Shown in pieces: positions 41,745-50,430 of a DNA stretch of 64,000 nucleotides (its first letter is position 1; every line of letters begins with the position of its first letter). The notes under the pieces are model-generated. The model did not search any database. It saw nothing but the letters and a program-made list of their open reading frames with translations, and was not told the DNA's origin. The stretch is from an uncultured delta proteobacterium (GTDB lineage: Bacteria; Myxococcota; Myxococcia; SLRQ01). The DNA is taken from positions 960,001-1,024,000 of the forward strand of contig CAVSGM010000002.1 of NCBI GenBank assembly GCA_963727485.1, given 5' to 3'. The position numbers were made by a program, and so were the translations under genes.

Positions 41745-44700
41745 TCCGCCGCCGCCACCTGCCGGGCGCCGGGCCCGCCCTCGCCCTCGCCGGGCTCCTC
41801 CTCGCCCTCGGGGGCGCCGGGTGCTCGGGGAGCCACCCCGGCGCCGACGGCGGCGTCCCCGACTCGGGCCACCTCGACGCCGGGACCGACGGGGGCGTGG
41901 TGGACGGGGGGAGCGACGGGGGCGTCCCCGATGGAGGGACCGACGGCGGCGTGGGCGACGGCGGCGTCGACGGCGGGGTGACCCTGCGCATCGACGCGGT
42001 CCTCCCGGTCCGGGGGCCCGCCGCCGGGGGCACCCGGGTGACGATCCGCGGCGCCGGCTTCGTCAACGGCTTCGCCAAGGTCGGCGACCCGGACATCGAG
42101 ACCAGGACCGCCCTCCTCTTCGGCTCCAACACCGCCATCGACTTCACGGTCATCGACGACGACACCATCCGGGTGGTCTCGCCGCCGGGGACGCCGGGGG
42201 CCCGGGACGTCACCGTGGAGAACCCCAACGGGCAGGCGAGCTGCCCGGGGTGCTTCAACTACTTCACGCCGGTGGCGGCGACCTCGGTGACGCCGGCGTC
42301 CTCGCCCCTCGAGGGCGGGGTCACGGTCACCCTCACGGGCGCGGGCCTGGTCGACGGCACGGTGGCGCTGGTGGGCGACCGGGAGGCTGCCGCCCTCACC
42401 CGGGTGGACGACCAGACCCTCACCTTCGTGGCGCCGCCGGCCGCCTCGCCGGGGCCCGTCGACGTGGTGGTCTACAACGGCAACGGCAAGGCCACCCTCC
42501 GCCGGGGCTTCCGCTACTACGCCGCCCCGCGCCTCGACGCCGTCGACCCGCCGCTGGGCCCGGCCGCCGGGGGCACCCAGGTCCACCTCACCGGCGCCGG
42601 CCTCGGGGACGCCACCGCGGTCAGCTTCGGCGGCCAGGCTGCCACGCAGGTCACCGCCGACGGCCCCGACGCCCTCTACGCGGTGACCCCCGCGGGGACC
42701 GCCGGGACCGCGGTGGACGTCACGGTCACCGGCCCGAACGGCACCCCCACCCTCCCCCAGGGCTTCGCCTACGTGGACCCGGCGGCGGCGGGGGTGAGCC
42801 TGCTCGCGGTGATGCCCGGCCGGGGCCCGGTGGGCGGCGGGGGGACGGCGACCCTGGTGGGCACCGGCCTCGGCGCCGCCGCGCCCCAGGTCCGCTTCGG
42901 GAGCGCCGACGCCACCCAGGTGACCCCGGTGGACGCCAACCGGCTCACGGTCACCGTGCCCCCGGGCGCCGCCCCGGGCCCGGTGACGGTCCAGGTGCGC
43001 AACGCCGGAGGGGGCGCGGCGCTGACCGGCGGCTACACCTACCAGCCCGCCCTCTCGGTGGGCGCGGTGACCCCGGCCACCGGCCCCGCCGCCGGGGGCA
43101 CGGCGATCACCGTCCACGGCAGCGGGTTCACCGCCGGCGCCCTCGACGTCCGGGTGGGGGCCCTGCCGGCGACGGCGGTCACGGTGGTCGACGACGGCAC
43201 CCTCACCTGCACCACCCCCGCCGGGAGCCCGGGGCCCGCCGACGTGGTGGTGGGCACCGGCACCGGCGCCGCCCGGGTGGAGGCCACGGCCGCCTCGGCC
43301 TTCGTCTACACCGCGCCGCTCTCCCTGGCCCAGGTGGACCCCGAGCGCGCCGCCCAGTCCGGGGGCACCCGGGTGACGGTGTGGGGCACCGGGTTCACCG
43401 ACCAGACCCAGGTGGCCTTCGGGGGCGCGGGCGCCACCGTCCTCTCGCGCCTCGGCCAGAGCCGCCTCGTGGTCACCGTGCCCCGGGGCGACCCGGGCCT
43501 CGTCGACGTCACCGCCGACGACGGGGGCCAGCACGCGGTCCTCACCAAGGCCTTCCAGTACTACGACCCGGCGAGCTCCCGGGGCGGCGCCTCCGGGGGC
43601 CCCATGGCGGGCACCCTCGACGTCACCACCCTCGACGCCTACGTCGGCGCCCCCATCCCCGGGGTCCACGTGCTCATCGGCACCAATCCCACCACCACGC
43701 TCCAGGGCCTCACCGACGACCGGGGTCAGATCACCTTCTCCGACCCGAGCCTGGTCAAGCCGGTGATGGTCACCGCCGATCGCGACGGCTACCAGGCGGT
43801 GTCGGTGGCCCGCCTCGACGCCCGGGACCTCACCGTCTACCTCACCCCCAACTCGGGCCACGGGGGCACCGCGCCGCCGTCGCCGCCCCCGGCCTTCGTG
43901 GGCGGGGCCAGCGGGAGCGCCGCCCCGCCGCTGGGCCGGGTGTGCGGCTTCAAGCTCCCGCCGTCGGTGCAGCTCGGCAAGAACCAGACCGCCGAGGCCC
44001 GGGTGGCCATCACCTCCCCGTCCATCACCTACCTCCCGCCGTTCTCCAGCGGGCCGAGCTACCAGGAGGTCACCAAGGACTGCGGCACCTACAGCCTCCC
44101 CTCGCGCCCGGGCTCGGTGAGCGTCTACGCCGTCTTCGGGGTCAAGACCTCCACCACCGACCCCCAGACCGGCCAGACCTCGTCCACCTTCAAGCCCTAC
44201 CTGATGGGCATCACCCGGGGCGTCGAGGTGCCGGGGATCTCGCCGCCGACCTGCAGCGCCAACCAGAGCTGCCCCGGCGGCTTCACCTGCGGCCAGAAGC
44301 AGTTCGACCCCTCGCAGCCGAGCGCGTTTGCCTACTGCCAGTGCAACACCGACGCCGCCTGCCCCACCGGCCAGTTCTGCAACGCCGCCGGCGGCTGCCA
44401 GCCGCCGCTCCACGCCGACGTGATCCTCTCCATGCACATGGACCAGTCGATCCCGGCCACCCTCGTCCAGCCGCCCACGAGCCCCGACGGCCAGACCCTC
44501 CACACCGCCTACAGCTACCTCGACCTCGGCGCCGACGGCGCCATCTACCTGGGCCAGGTCCAGGGCACCGCGCCCACCTTCAGCTTCACCCGCCAGCCCG
44601 AGCTCCCAGGCGACGGCTTCGTCTTCCTCGACATGGCCTCCGACAACGGCGCCTACCCCCTCTCGCTCTTCTACCGGCGCCAGCTCGGCGACCTCTCGAG

Positions 44701-45073
44701 CACCGGCGTCGACATCGGGCCGATGCAGCCGTTCACCCGGATCGTCTCCCCGGCCCCGGGCGGGGCGCTCACCGGGGGCCGGATCCAGTGGAGCTACGAC
44801 GGCGGCCTGACGCCCGACGTGGTGATCATGAGCGTCACCGAGCCCGGCTTCCTCTCCCGACCCATCTGGGAGGTGATCCTCCCGGGCTCGGAGACCCAGG
44901 TGTCGGTGCCCCCGGACGCCCTGGCCCAGATGAAGGCCGCCAGCGCCCTCCAGCTCTCGGTGACCACCGCGCTCTCGCCGCGCTTCGACTTCGACCACTT
45001 CTCCTACGGGCAGCTGGGCCTCGGATCCTGGACCAGCTTCACCCTCGACAACGCCTCGTTCGTGGTGCCCTGA
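41741..45073 (+). CDS. Large lipoprotein with a DGG-repeat linker, six IPT/TIG domains, a carboxypeptidase-regulatory-like domain and a Cys-rich insert
   Basis: Lipobox GAGC; six V.P..GP..GGT.V...G.G-type units; 1110 aa. Confidence 0.88.
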   Translation: MIRRRHLPGAGPALALAGLLLALGGAGCSGSHPGADGGVPDSGHLDAGTDGGVVDGGSDGGVPDGGTDGGVGDGGVDGGVTLRIDAVLPVRGPAAGGTRVTIRGAGFVNGFAKVGDPDIETRTALLFGSNTAIDFTVIDDDTIRVVSPPGTPGARDVTVENPNGQASCPGCFNYFTPVAATSVTPASSPLEGGVTVTLTGAGLVDGTVALVGDREAAALTRVDDQTLTFVAPPAASPGPVDVVVYNGNGKATLRRGFRYYAAPRLDAVDPPLGPAAGGTQVHLTGAGLGDATAVSFGGQAATQVTADGPDALYAVTPAGTAGTAVDVTVTGPNGTPTLPQGFAYVDPAAAGVSLLAVMPGRGPVGGGGTATLVGTGLGAAAPQVRFGSADATQVTPVDANRLTVTVPPGAAPGPVTVQVRNAGGGAALTGGYTYQPALSVGAVTPATGPAAGGTAITVHGSGFTAGALDVRVGALPATAVTVVDDGTLTCTTPAGSPGPADVVVGTGTGAARVEATAASAFVYTAPLSLAQVDPERAAQSGGTRVTVWGTGFTDQTQVAFGGAGATVLSRLGQSRLVVTVPRGDPGLVDVTADDGGQHAVLTKAFQYYDPASSRGGASGGPMAGTLDVTTLDAYVGAPIPGVHVLIGTNPTTTLQGLTDDRGQITFSDPSLVKPVMVTADRDGYQAVSVARLDARDLTVYLTPNSGHGGTAPPSPPPAFVGGASGSAAPPLGRVCGFKLPPSVQLGKNQTAEARVAITSPSITYLPPFSSGPSYQEVTKDCGTYSLPSRPGSVSVYAVFGVKTSTTDPQTGQTSSTFKPYLMGITRGVEVPGISPPTCSANQSCPGGFTCGQKQFDPSQPSAFAYCQCNTDAACPTGQFCNAAGGCQPPLHADVILSMHMDQSIPATLVQPPTSPDGQTLHTAYSYLDLGADGAIYLGQVQGTAPTFSFTRQPELPGDGFVFLDMASDNGAYPLSLFYRRQLGDLSSTGVDIGPMQPFTRIVSPAPGGALTGGRIQWSYDGGLTPDVVIMSVTEPGFLSRPIWEVILPGSETQVSVPPDALAQMKAASALQLSVTTALSPRFDFDHFSYGQLGLGSWTSFTLDNASFVVP
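41843..41980 (+). repeat. Coding low-complexity Asp-Gly-Gly repeat
   Basis: ADGGVPDSG...DAGTDGGVVDGGSDGGVPDGGTDGGVGDGGVDGG. Confidence 0.8.
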
Positions 45074-46221
45074 TGCGACGCCGCCTGATCCCGCTCGCCG
45101 CCCTCGGCCTCCTCCTCGCCCCGATCCTCCTCACCGGGTGCCAGAAGGACCCCCAGCTCGTCGGCGGCTGCATCGACGACCAGAGCTGCGTGAAGGCAAA
45201 CGGCCCCGGGTGGGTGTGCTCGGCGAAGTTCAAGCCCAAGCGCTGCGTGTGCACCTCCGACAGCGCCTGCCCCACCGGGCAGTTCTGCAACCTCTCCGGG
45301 GACTGCCAGGCCACGGTGGGCTGCTACACCAACGACGACTGCCCCACCGACCTGTTCTGCGACGTGGCCCAGAACAAGTGCATCGAGAAGAACCGCTGCA
45401 CCTCGGACATCGACTGCCCCATCGGCACCCTGTGCAACCTGGTCGACTTCCGCTGCGAGCCCGGGTGCCACGTGGACGGCGACTGCCCCCTCAAGCAGGT
45501 GTGCCGCTGCCCGGCGTCGGACCCCAACTGCAAGGTGGGCCAGTGCAAGACCGGGCTCTGCGACGACCAGAGCTTCTGCAACTGGCAGCAGCTGTGCGAG
45601 CAGGATCCCAACGTCAACGACTCGGTGTGCGTCACCGACACCCGGGGGCCCTACTGCCAGGAGTGCCAGCTCGCCCCCGGCCAGGGGATCGGCGGCGCCT
45701 GCGACGGGGCCAAGAACTACTGCCTGGTCGACACCTCGATCCCCGGCGGGCGCGGGGCCTTCTGCGGGGTCGACTGCGGCTCGGGCCAGGCCTGCCCCAA
45801 CGGCTTCGCCTGCGACTACGTGGTGATCCTCACCTCGGCGCTCTGTGGCGGCGACGCCGACTGCCAGCCCACCGGCGGCACCTGCACCACCGACGCCGAC
45901 TGCCCCGGGGGCCGGTGCGCCATCACCGCCGGCCAGACCACCGGGCGCTGCGCCGGCAAGTGCGTGAAGCACGAGGGCGGGGCCTCGGGGACCGGCTTCT
46001 GCTCCTGCGTCGAGGACGCCGACTGCCCCACCGACTCCTGCGACACCACCAGCCGGGTGTGCAGCCTCACCCGCAAGGCCTGCCAGCTCAACGGCAGCCA
46101 GTGCGCCGGCCAGCTGTCCTGCGTGAACCTCAACGGCGTCGGCGGCTGCGTCATCGGGAAGAACTGCGCCCCGGTCGACGGGGTCACCTGCGCCATGGTC
46201 CGGGCGTCCCAGAGCCCCTGA
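45073..46221 (+). CDS. Cys-rich (Dickkopf/EB-like repeat) lipoprotein
   Basis: Lipobox LTGC; repeated C-x-x-D-x-D-C-P-x3-C modules. Confidence 0.85.
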   Translation: MRRRLIPLAALGLLLAPILLTGCQKDPQLVGGCIDDQSCVKANGPGWVCSAKFKPKRCVCTSDSACPTGQFCNLSGDCQATVGCYTNDDCPTDLFCDVAQNKCIEKNRCTSDIDCPIGTLCNLVDFRCEPGCHVDGDCPLKQVCRCPASDPNCKVGQCKTGLCDDQSFCNWQQLCEQDPNVNDSVCVTDTRGPYCQECQLAPGQGIGGACDGAKNYCLVDTSIPGGRGAFCGVDCGSGQACPNGFACDYVVILTSALCGGDADCQPTGGTCTTDADCPGGRCAITAGQTTGRCAGKCVKHEGGASGTGFCSCVEDADCPTDSCDTTSRVCSLTRKACQLNGSQCAGQLSCVNLNGVGGCVIGKNCAPVDGVTCAMVRASQSP

Positions 46222-46249
46222 CCCGGGCCGGGCTCGGCGCCCGCGGCGC

Positions 46250-47095
46250 TCAGCCGTCGCCGCGACCGAGGATCCGCCCGAGGTCGAGGCGGACGCCGGC
46301 GGTGGCGGTGTAGAAGTCGGCCCAGTTGTAGATGTCCCGCCGGGGGACGTCGGCGCCGCCGCCCACCAGGCGCAGGCGGAAGAAGAGGTCGGCGCCCCGG
46401 GTGAACGGCAGGCCCAGGGTCAGGGCCACGTCGTAGATGGCGCCGGTGACGTTCCCCAGGCCGAAGGTGGAGAAGCCGTCGGCGTCGACCATGGCCCACA
46501 GCCCCTGGGGGGTGTCGTAGCGCAGGCGGGCCTTGAGGGCGAAGACCAGGCCGATGTCCGGCTCCACGTCGTAGTAGGTGCCGTCCACGGTGCCGAAGCT
46601 CACCGCGGCGTTGCGCACCTGGAACGAGGCGCCGATCCCCAGCTTGAGGCGCCTCCCGTCGACGAGGCGGTAGAGGTAGCTGGCCCGGTAGCCGTCGAAG
46701 AGGTAGCCGGCGTCGACCACCGTCCCCGCGGTGAGGAGGTGGCCCCGGAAGCGGATCGCCCGGGGCAGGGCCACCTCGGTGGTCACGCCAAACGGCGCCC
46801 AGAGGAGGATCAGCGTGCTCCGGCGCCCGAGGCCGAGCTCCAGGGAGACCCGCTTGGCGAGGGCCAGGTTTCGCTGCTGGCCGAGCTCGCTGGCGTGGAA
46901 GAGGGTGCCGCCGGCCCCGTAGCGGCCGTCGTTGAGGTCGATGTAGGCGGGGCCGACCTCGGCGTCGAGGACCACCCGGAACCCGGCCAGGGGCGCGGGG
47001 TCGGGGGGCGGGCCGGGAGGCGGGGCCTCGGCCCGGGCGGCGTGGGCGAGGGGCAGGCAGAGCAAGGCGGCGGCGAGGCGGACGAAGCGGCGCAT
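46250..47095 (-). CDS. Exported hypothetical protein, probable outer-membrane beta-barrel
   Basis: Signal MRRFVRLAAALLCLPLAHAARA; aromatic-rich amphipathic strands. Confidence 0.65.
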   Translation of the reverse strand: MRRFVRLAAALLCLPLAHAARAEAPPPGPPPDPAPLAGFRVVLDAEVGPAYIDLNDGRYGAGGTLFHASELGQQRNLALAKRVSLELGLGRRSTLILLWAPFGVTTEVALPRAIRFRGHLLTAGTVVDAGYLFDGYRASYLYRLVDGRRLKLGIGASFQVRNAAVSFGTVDGTYYDVEPDIGLVFALKARLRYDTPQGLWAMVDADGFSTFGLGNVTGAIYDVALTLGLPFTRGADLFFRLRLVGGGADVPRRDIYNWADFYTATAGVRLDLGRILGRGDG

Positions 47096-47205
47096 GGGAA
47101 CCCTTTCGGGGAGCACTCCCATGTCGGCCCCCCCGGGCCTTGCTTTAGGACCGCGAACGCCCCGGAGCCACCCCCCGGTCCCGGGGCGGTCGCCCCGCCG
47201 GCCCG

Positions 47206-48963
47206 CTAGTCGTCGTCCTTGGGCGCGCCCACCACGCCCCCGCGCTTGCGCCGGCGGCGCCCCTGCTCGCGGGTGACCGGGGAGCGGGTCCCGCCGCCGA
47301 CCTTGGCCGCCTCCTGGGCGAAGTCGTCGGCGAGCTGGATCGAGGGCTCGTCGGGGAGGTCCGGGGCCTCCGTGGCCGCGGCGAGGGCGGCGGCCACCGC
47401 GTCGGCCTCCTCGGGAGAGAGGGCGTCGGCGCCCACGGAGGTCTTGGGCTCGTCCTCGGGGACCGGAGGGGCCTCGGGCTCGACGTCGGCCTCGGCCTCG
47501 AGGTCGGGCTCGCCCTTGGCCCCGAGGGCGGCGAGGCCCGGGTCGGTGCGCTCCTCCTCGTCCGGGGGCTCGGGGGCGAGGGGGGCGTCGTCGTCGAGCT
47601 CGTCGTCGAAGTGGCGCGCAGGGTCCGGGTCCGCCGGGGCGGGCTCCTCCTCAGGCTCGGGGACCGGCGTGGCCCTGGGCCCCTGGGCCGCCTTGGCCTC
47701 GGCCTTGGCCTCGGGCTTGGGCGCGGGCCGGGCCGCCTTGGCGGCGGGCTGGGGCCGGGCCGCGGGCTCCGGGTCGGGGATTCCGTCCTCGCGGTGCTTG
47801 AGGCTCGGGGCCCACTTGGGCTGGTAGCCCTCGTCGACGTGGAAGACCGGCGGGGGCGCCTCGCCGTAGGTCGCCGGGTCGAAGAACGCCGCGTCGATGT
47901 CCTCGAACCCGAAGGCCGCGAGGCGGTCGAGGAAGGTCGGCAGGAGCCCGGTGGGGGCGTGGTAGCCCTGGATCTTCCCGTCCTCGTCCTTGCCCGTGGG
48001 GGTGAACACGAAGAGGTCCTGGGTCCGGTAGTCGCCCTTCTCGTTCAGGGGCAGCACCTCGGCGATGTGGGTGGTCTTCCGGGAGCCGTCCTGGAGCCTC
48101 GCGCAGCAGATGACGACGTTGATGGCGCTGGCGACCTGGGCGCGCACCGCCACCATGGGCAGCTCGATGCCGCTCTGGAGGCACAGGGACTCCAGGCGCC
48201 GCAGGGTGTCGCTGGGGGTGTTGGCGTGGACGGTGCACAGGGAGCCGCCGTGGCCGGTGTTCATCGCCTGCATCAGGTGGAAGGCCTCGCCGCCGCGGAC
48301 CTCGCCGACCACGATGCGGTCGGGGCGCAGCCGCAGGGCCGAGTGGAGCAGGTCGCCCATGTCGACCCCGCCCTTGCCGAACTTGTCCGGGGGCCTCGAC
48401 TCGAAGGGCACCAGGTGCTCCTGGTTGAGCTGGAGCTCCGAGGAGTCCTCGATGGTGAGGATGCGCTCGTCGTCGGGGATGTAGGAGGCCACGCAGTTGA
48501 GCAGGGTGGTCTTGCCCGAGCCGGTGCCGCCGCTGACGACCATGTTCTCCTTGAGGGCCACGCAGGCGTCGATGAGCCGGCTCATGGCCGGGCTCATGGA
48601 GCCGAAGTCGACCAGGCGGTCGACGGTGAGCTTCTCCTTGAAGAACTTGCGGATGGAGATGGTGCAGCCCTTCCGGGCGATGGGGGGCATCACCACGTGG
48701 ATGCGGCTGCCGTCGGGGAGGCGGGCGTCGAGGCGGGGCCGCTCCTCGTTGAGCATCCGGCCGACGTACTGGGCCATGTTGCGCGCCGCGGCCTCCAGGC
48801 CTTCCGTGGTGAAGGCGGCGTCGGTCTTCGTGGAGCTTGCCGCCGCTCTCGATCCAGACCTCCTCGGGCCCGTTGATCATGATCTCGCTGATGTCCGGAT
48901 CGTCCAGGTACGGCGGCGACGGGCTTGAGGTAGGCCCGGAGGCTTTCGTTCGTACATCGACAT
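47206..48963 (-). CDS. CpaF/TadA-family secretion ATPase with an acidic Pro-rich tail; about three frameshifts in the 5' 200 bp
   Basis: ISEIMINGP, DARLPDGSR, SGGTGSGKTT, TIEDSSEL, RLRPDRIVVGEVRG, AMNTGHGGS. Confidence 0.88.
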
Positions 48964-49039
48964 GGTGACAGGGAGGTTAGGCGCATGGCCCGCGAAGCGT
49001 CAATCGGACAGAAGGCCCGTCGCTGCTAGGATCCCGTCC

Positions 49040-49615
49040 ATGGCCGACGACCCGCGTCAGGAGCCCGGGGACGACGAGGAGCGGGAGCGCCCGCCCGAGC
49101 CGATCACCATCGAGATCGACCGGCAGCTCGAGCGCCTCGACGACGCCCTGGAGAAGGTCCGCGAAGAGGTGGCCTACTGGGCCAAGAAGGGGGTCTACAC
49201 CCGGGTCCGCTTCAAGTTCCGGGGCAAGCCGCTGCTCCCGGACATCCCGGTGGCGGCGTTCATGGCCGCCGAGGCCGCGTCGTTCTGGTGGGGCGGGCTC
49301 CTCCGGGCCCTGGCGATGAACTTCGGGGGCCGGGCGCTCTTCGACGTGGAGCTCATCTCCGACGCCCAGCCCCACCTCGCCCGAGGGCAGGAGCACCTCC
49401 TCGAGGGCGACATCGACGAGGCCCTCGAGGAGTTCTACAAGGCCCTCGCGGTGGACCGGAACCTCGCCTCCGCCCACCTCCAGGTGGGGATCTGCCACAA
49501 GATCCAGGGGGACAAGGAGAAGGCCGAGCGGGCCTTCGTCCGGGCGAGGGACCTCGACCCCCACGGGGAGGTCGGGCGCCAGGCCGGGGAGCAGATCCGC
49601 AAGCTGAACCGGTAG
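49040..49615 (+). CDS. DUF4342-like + TPR protein
   Basis: EKVREEV...KG...RVRFK..GKPLLPDIPV, followed by TPR-like helices. Confidence 0.7.
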   Translation: MADDPRQEPGDDEERERPPEPITIEIDRQLERLDDALEKVREEVAYWAKKGVYTRVRFKFRGKPLLPDIPVAAFMAAEAASFWWGGLLRALAMNFGGRALFDVELISDAQPHLARGQEHLLEGDIDEALEEFYKALAVDRNLASAHLQVGICHKIQGDKEKAERAFVRARDLDPHGEVGRQAGEQIRKLNR

Positions 49616-49649
49616 CCGGCGCCGGTCGCCGGGGGTAGGCATCCCGGGT

Positions 49650-50111
49650 ATGGCCCGAGCCGCCCTGCGACCCTCCGCCCGCCTCCTCCCCGCCCGCCTC
49701 CTCCCCGCCGCCCTCCTCGCCGCCGTCTCGCTCGGAGCGCCGGCCCTGGCCCGGCCCACCGGCCACGTCCGGGTGGTCCGGCCCGGGTCCCTGGCGGCGG
49801 TGGTCACCCTCCAGGTGACCCGCCCGGGCATGGCCAAGGCCCGTTCGGCGAAGATCACCCTCCTCGTCGGCGGCGACGAGGGCCACCTCTCCATGCAGCT
49901 GAAGGACGGCACCCACCTCTCGGTTCGCTTCGGGATCCACCGGGAGGGCCCGGGCTTCGCCCTCTTCGCCACCACCGCCGCCACCGGCGCCGCGAAGCGC
50001 ATCGGCCCCCTGCCCCAGGGCGGCACGCTGACCTTCCCCGGCCCCGGGAAGACCACCCTCGCCGTGACCCTGCAGAAGGTGGCGACGGTGGCGGCGCTGC
50101 GCCGCCGGTAG
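49650..50111 (+). CDS. Exported hypothetical protein
   Basis: Signal-peptide-like N-terminus ending PALA; fills the gap on the coding strand. Confidence 0.55.
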   Translation: MARAALRPSARLLPARLLPAALLAAVSLGAPALARPTGHVRVVRPGSLAAVVTLQVTRPGMAKARSAKITLLVGGDEGHLSMQLKDGTHLSVRFGIHREGPGFALFATTAATGAAKRIGPLPQGGTLTFPGPGKTTLAVTLQKVATVAALRRR

Positions 50112-50314
50112 CTGCTGCACGAACCTCGAGCCCCACGAGGCGGACGAGGAGGCGCGCCGTCAGGCGGGACCCGGGGCTTTGGGGATGCTTGACGGCGGGT
50201 GGCGCTTCCCGACGTCCAGCCGGCGGATCACCCGCGCGCCCGAGGCCCCGGGCAACAGGGCGAAGGCGGGGCCCGCATCGGACAAAAACCCAGGGAGAAC
50301 GGGCACATAAGCCG

Positions 50315-50343
50315 TTGACCCGCGGGCCGTTTGCGGGCATAAC
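50315..50343 (+). promoter_or_regulatory. Possible sigma70-type promoter of gyrA
   Basis: TTGACC-N17-CATAAC. Confidence 0.45.
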
Positions 50344-50430
50344 ACGACGGCCCCACGGGCCCCGTGCGAGGTGCCCCGCCACGCCCTCCGGCGCCGGGCC
50401 CCGCCCCACCCTTTCCGAGGCAGAATCCAG

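Noticed and set aside
40181..45073. Single 1630-aa protein
   Set aside because: Artefact of the indel at ~40460; an internal ATGA overlap and a new lipoprotein signal at 41741 mark a separate gene.
50170..50252. SRP (4.5S) RNA or 6S RNA
   Set aside because: Lacks the SRP domain IV CAGG...GNRA...AGCAG pattern and is too short for 6S RNA.
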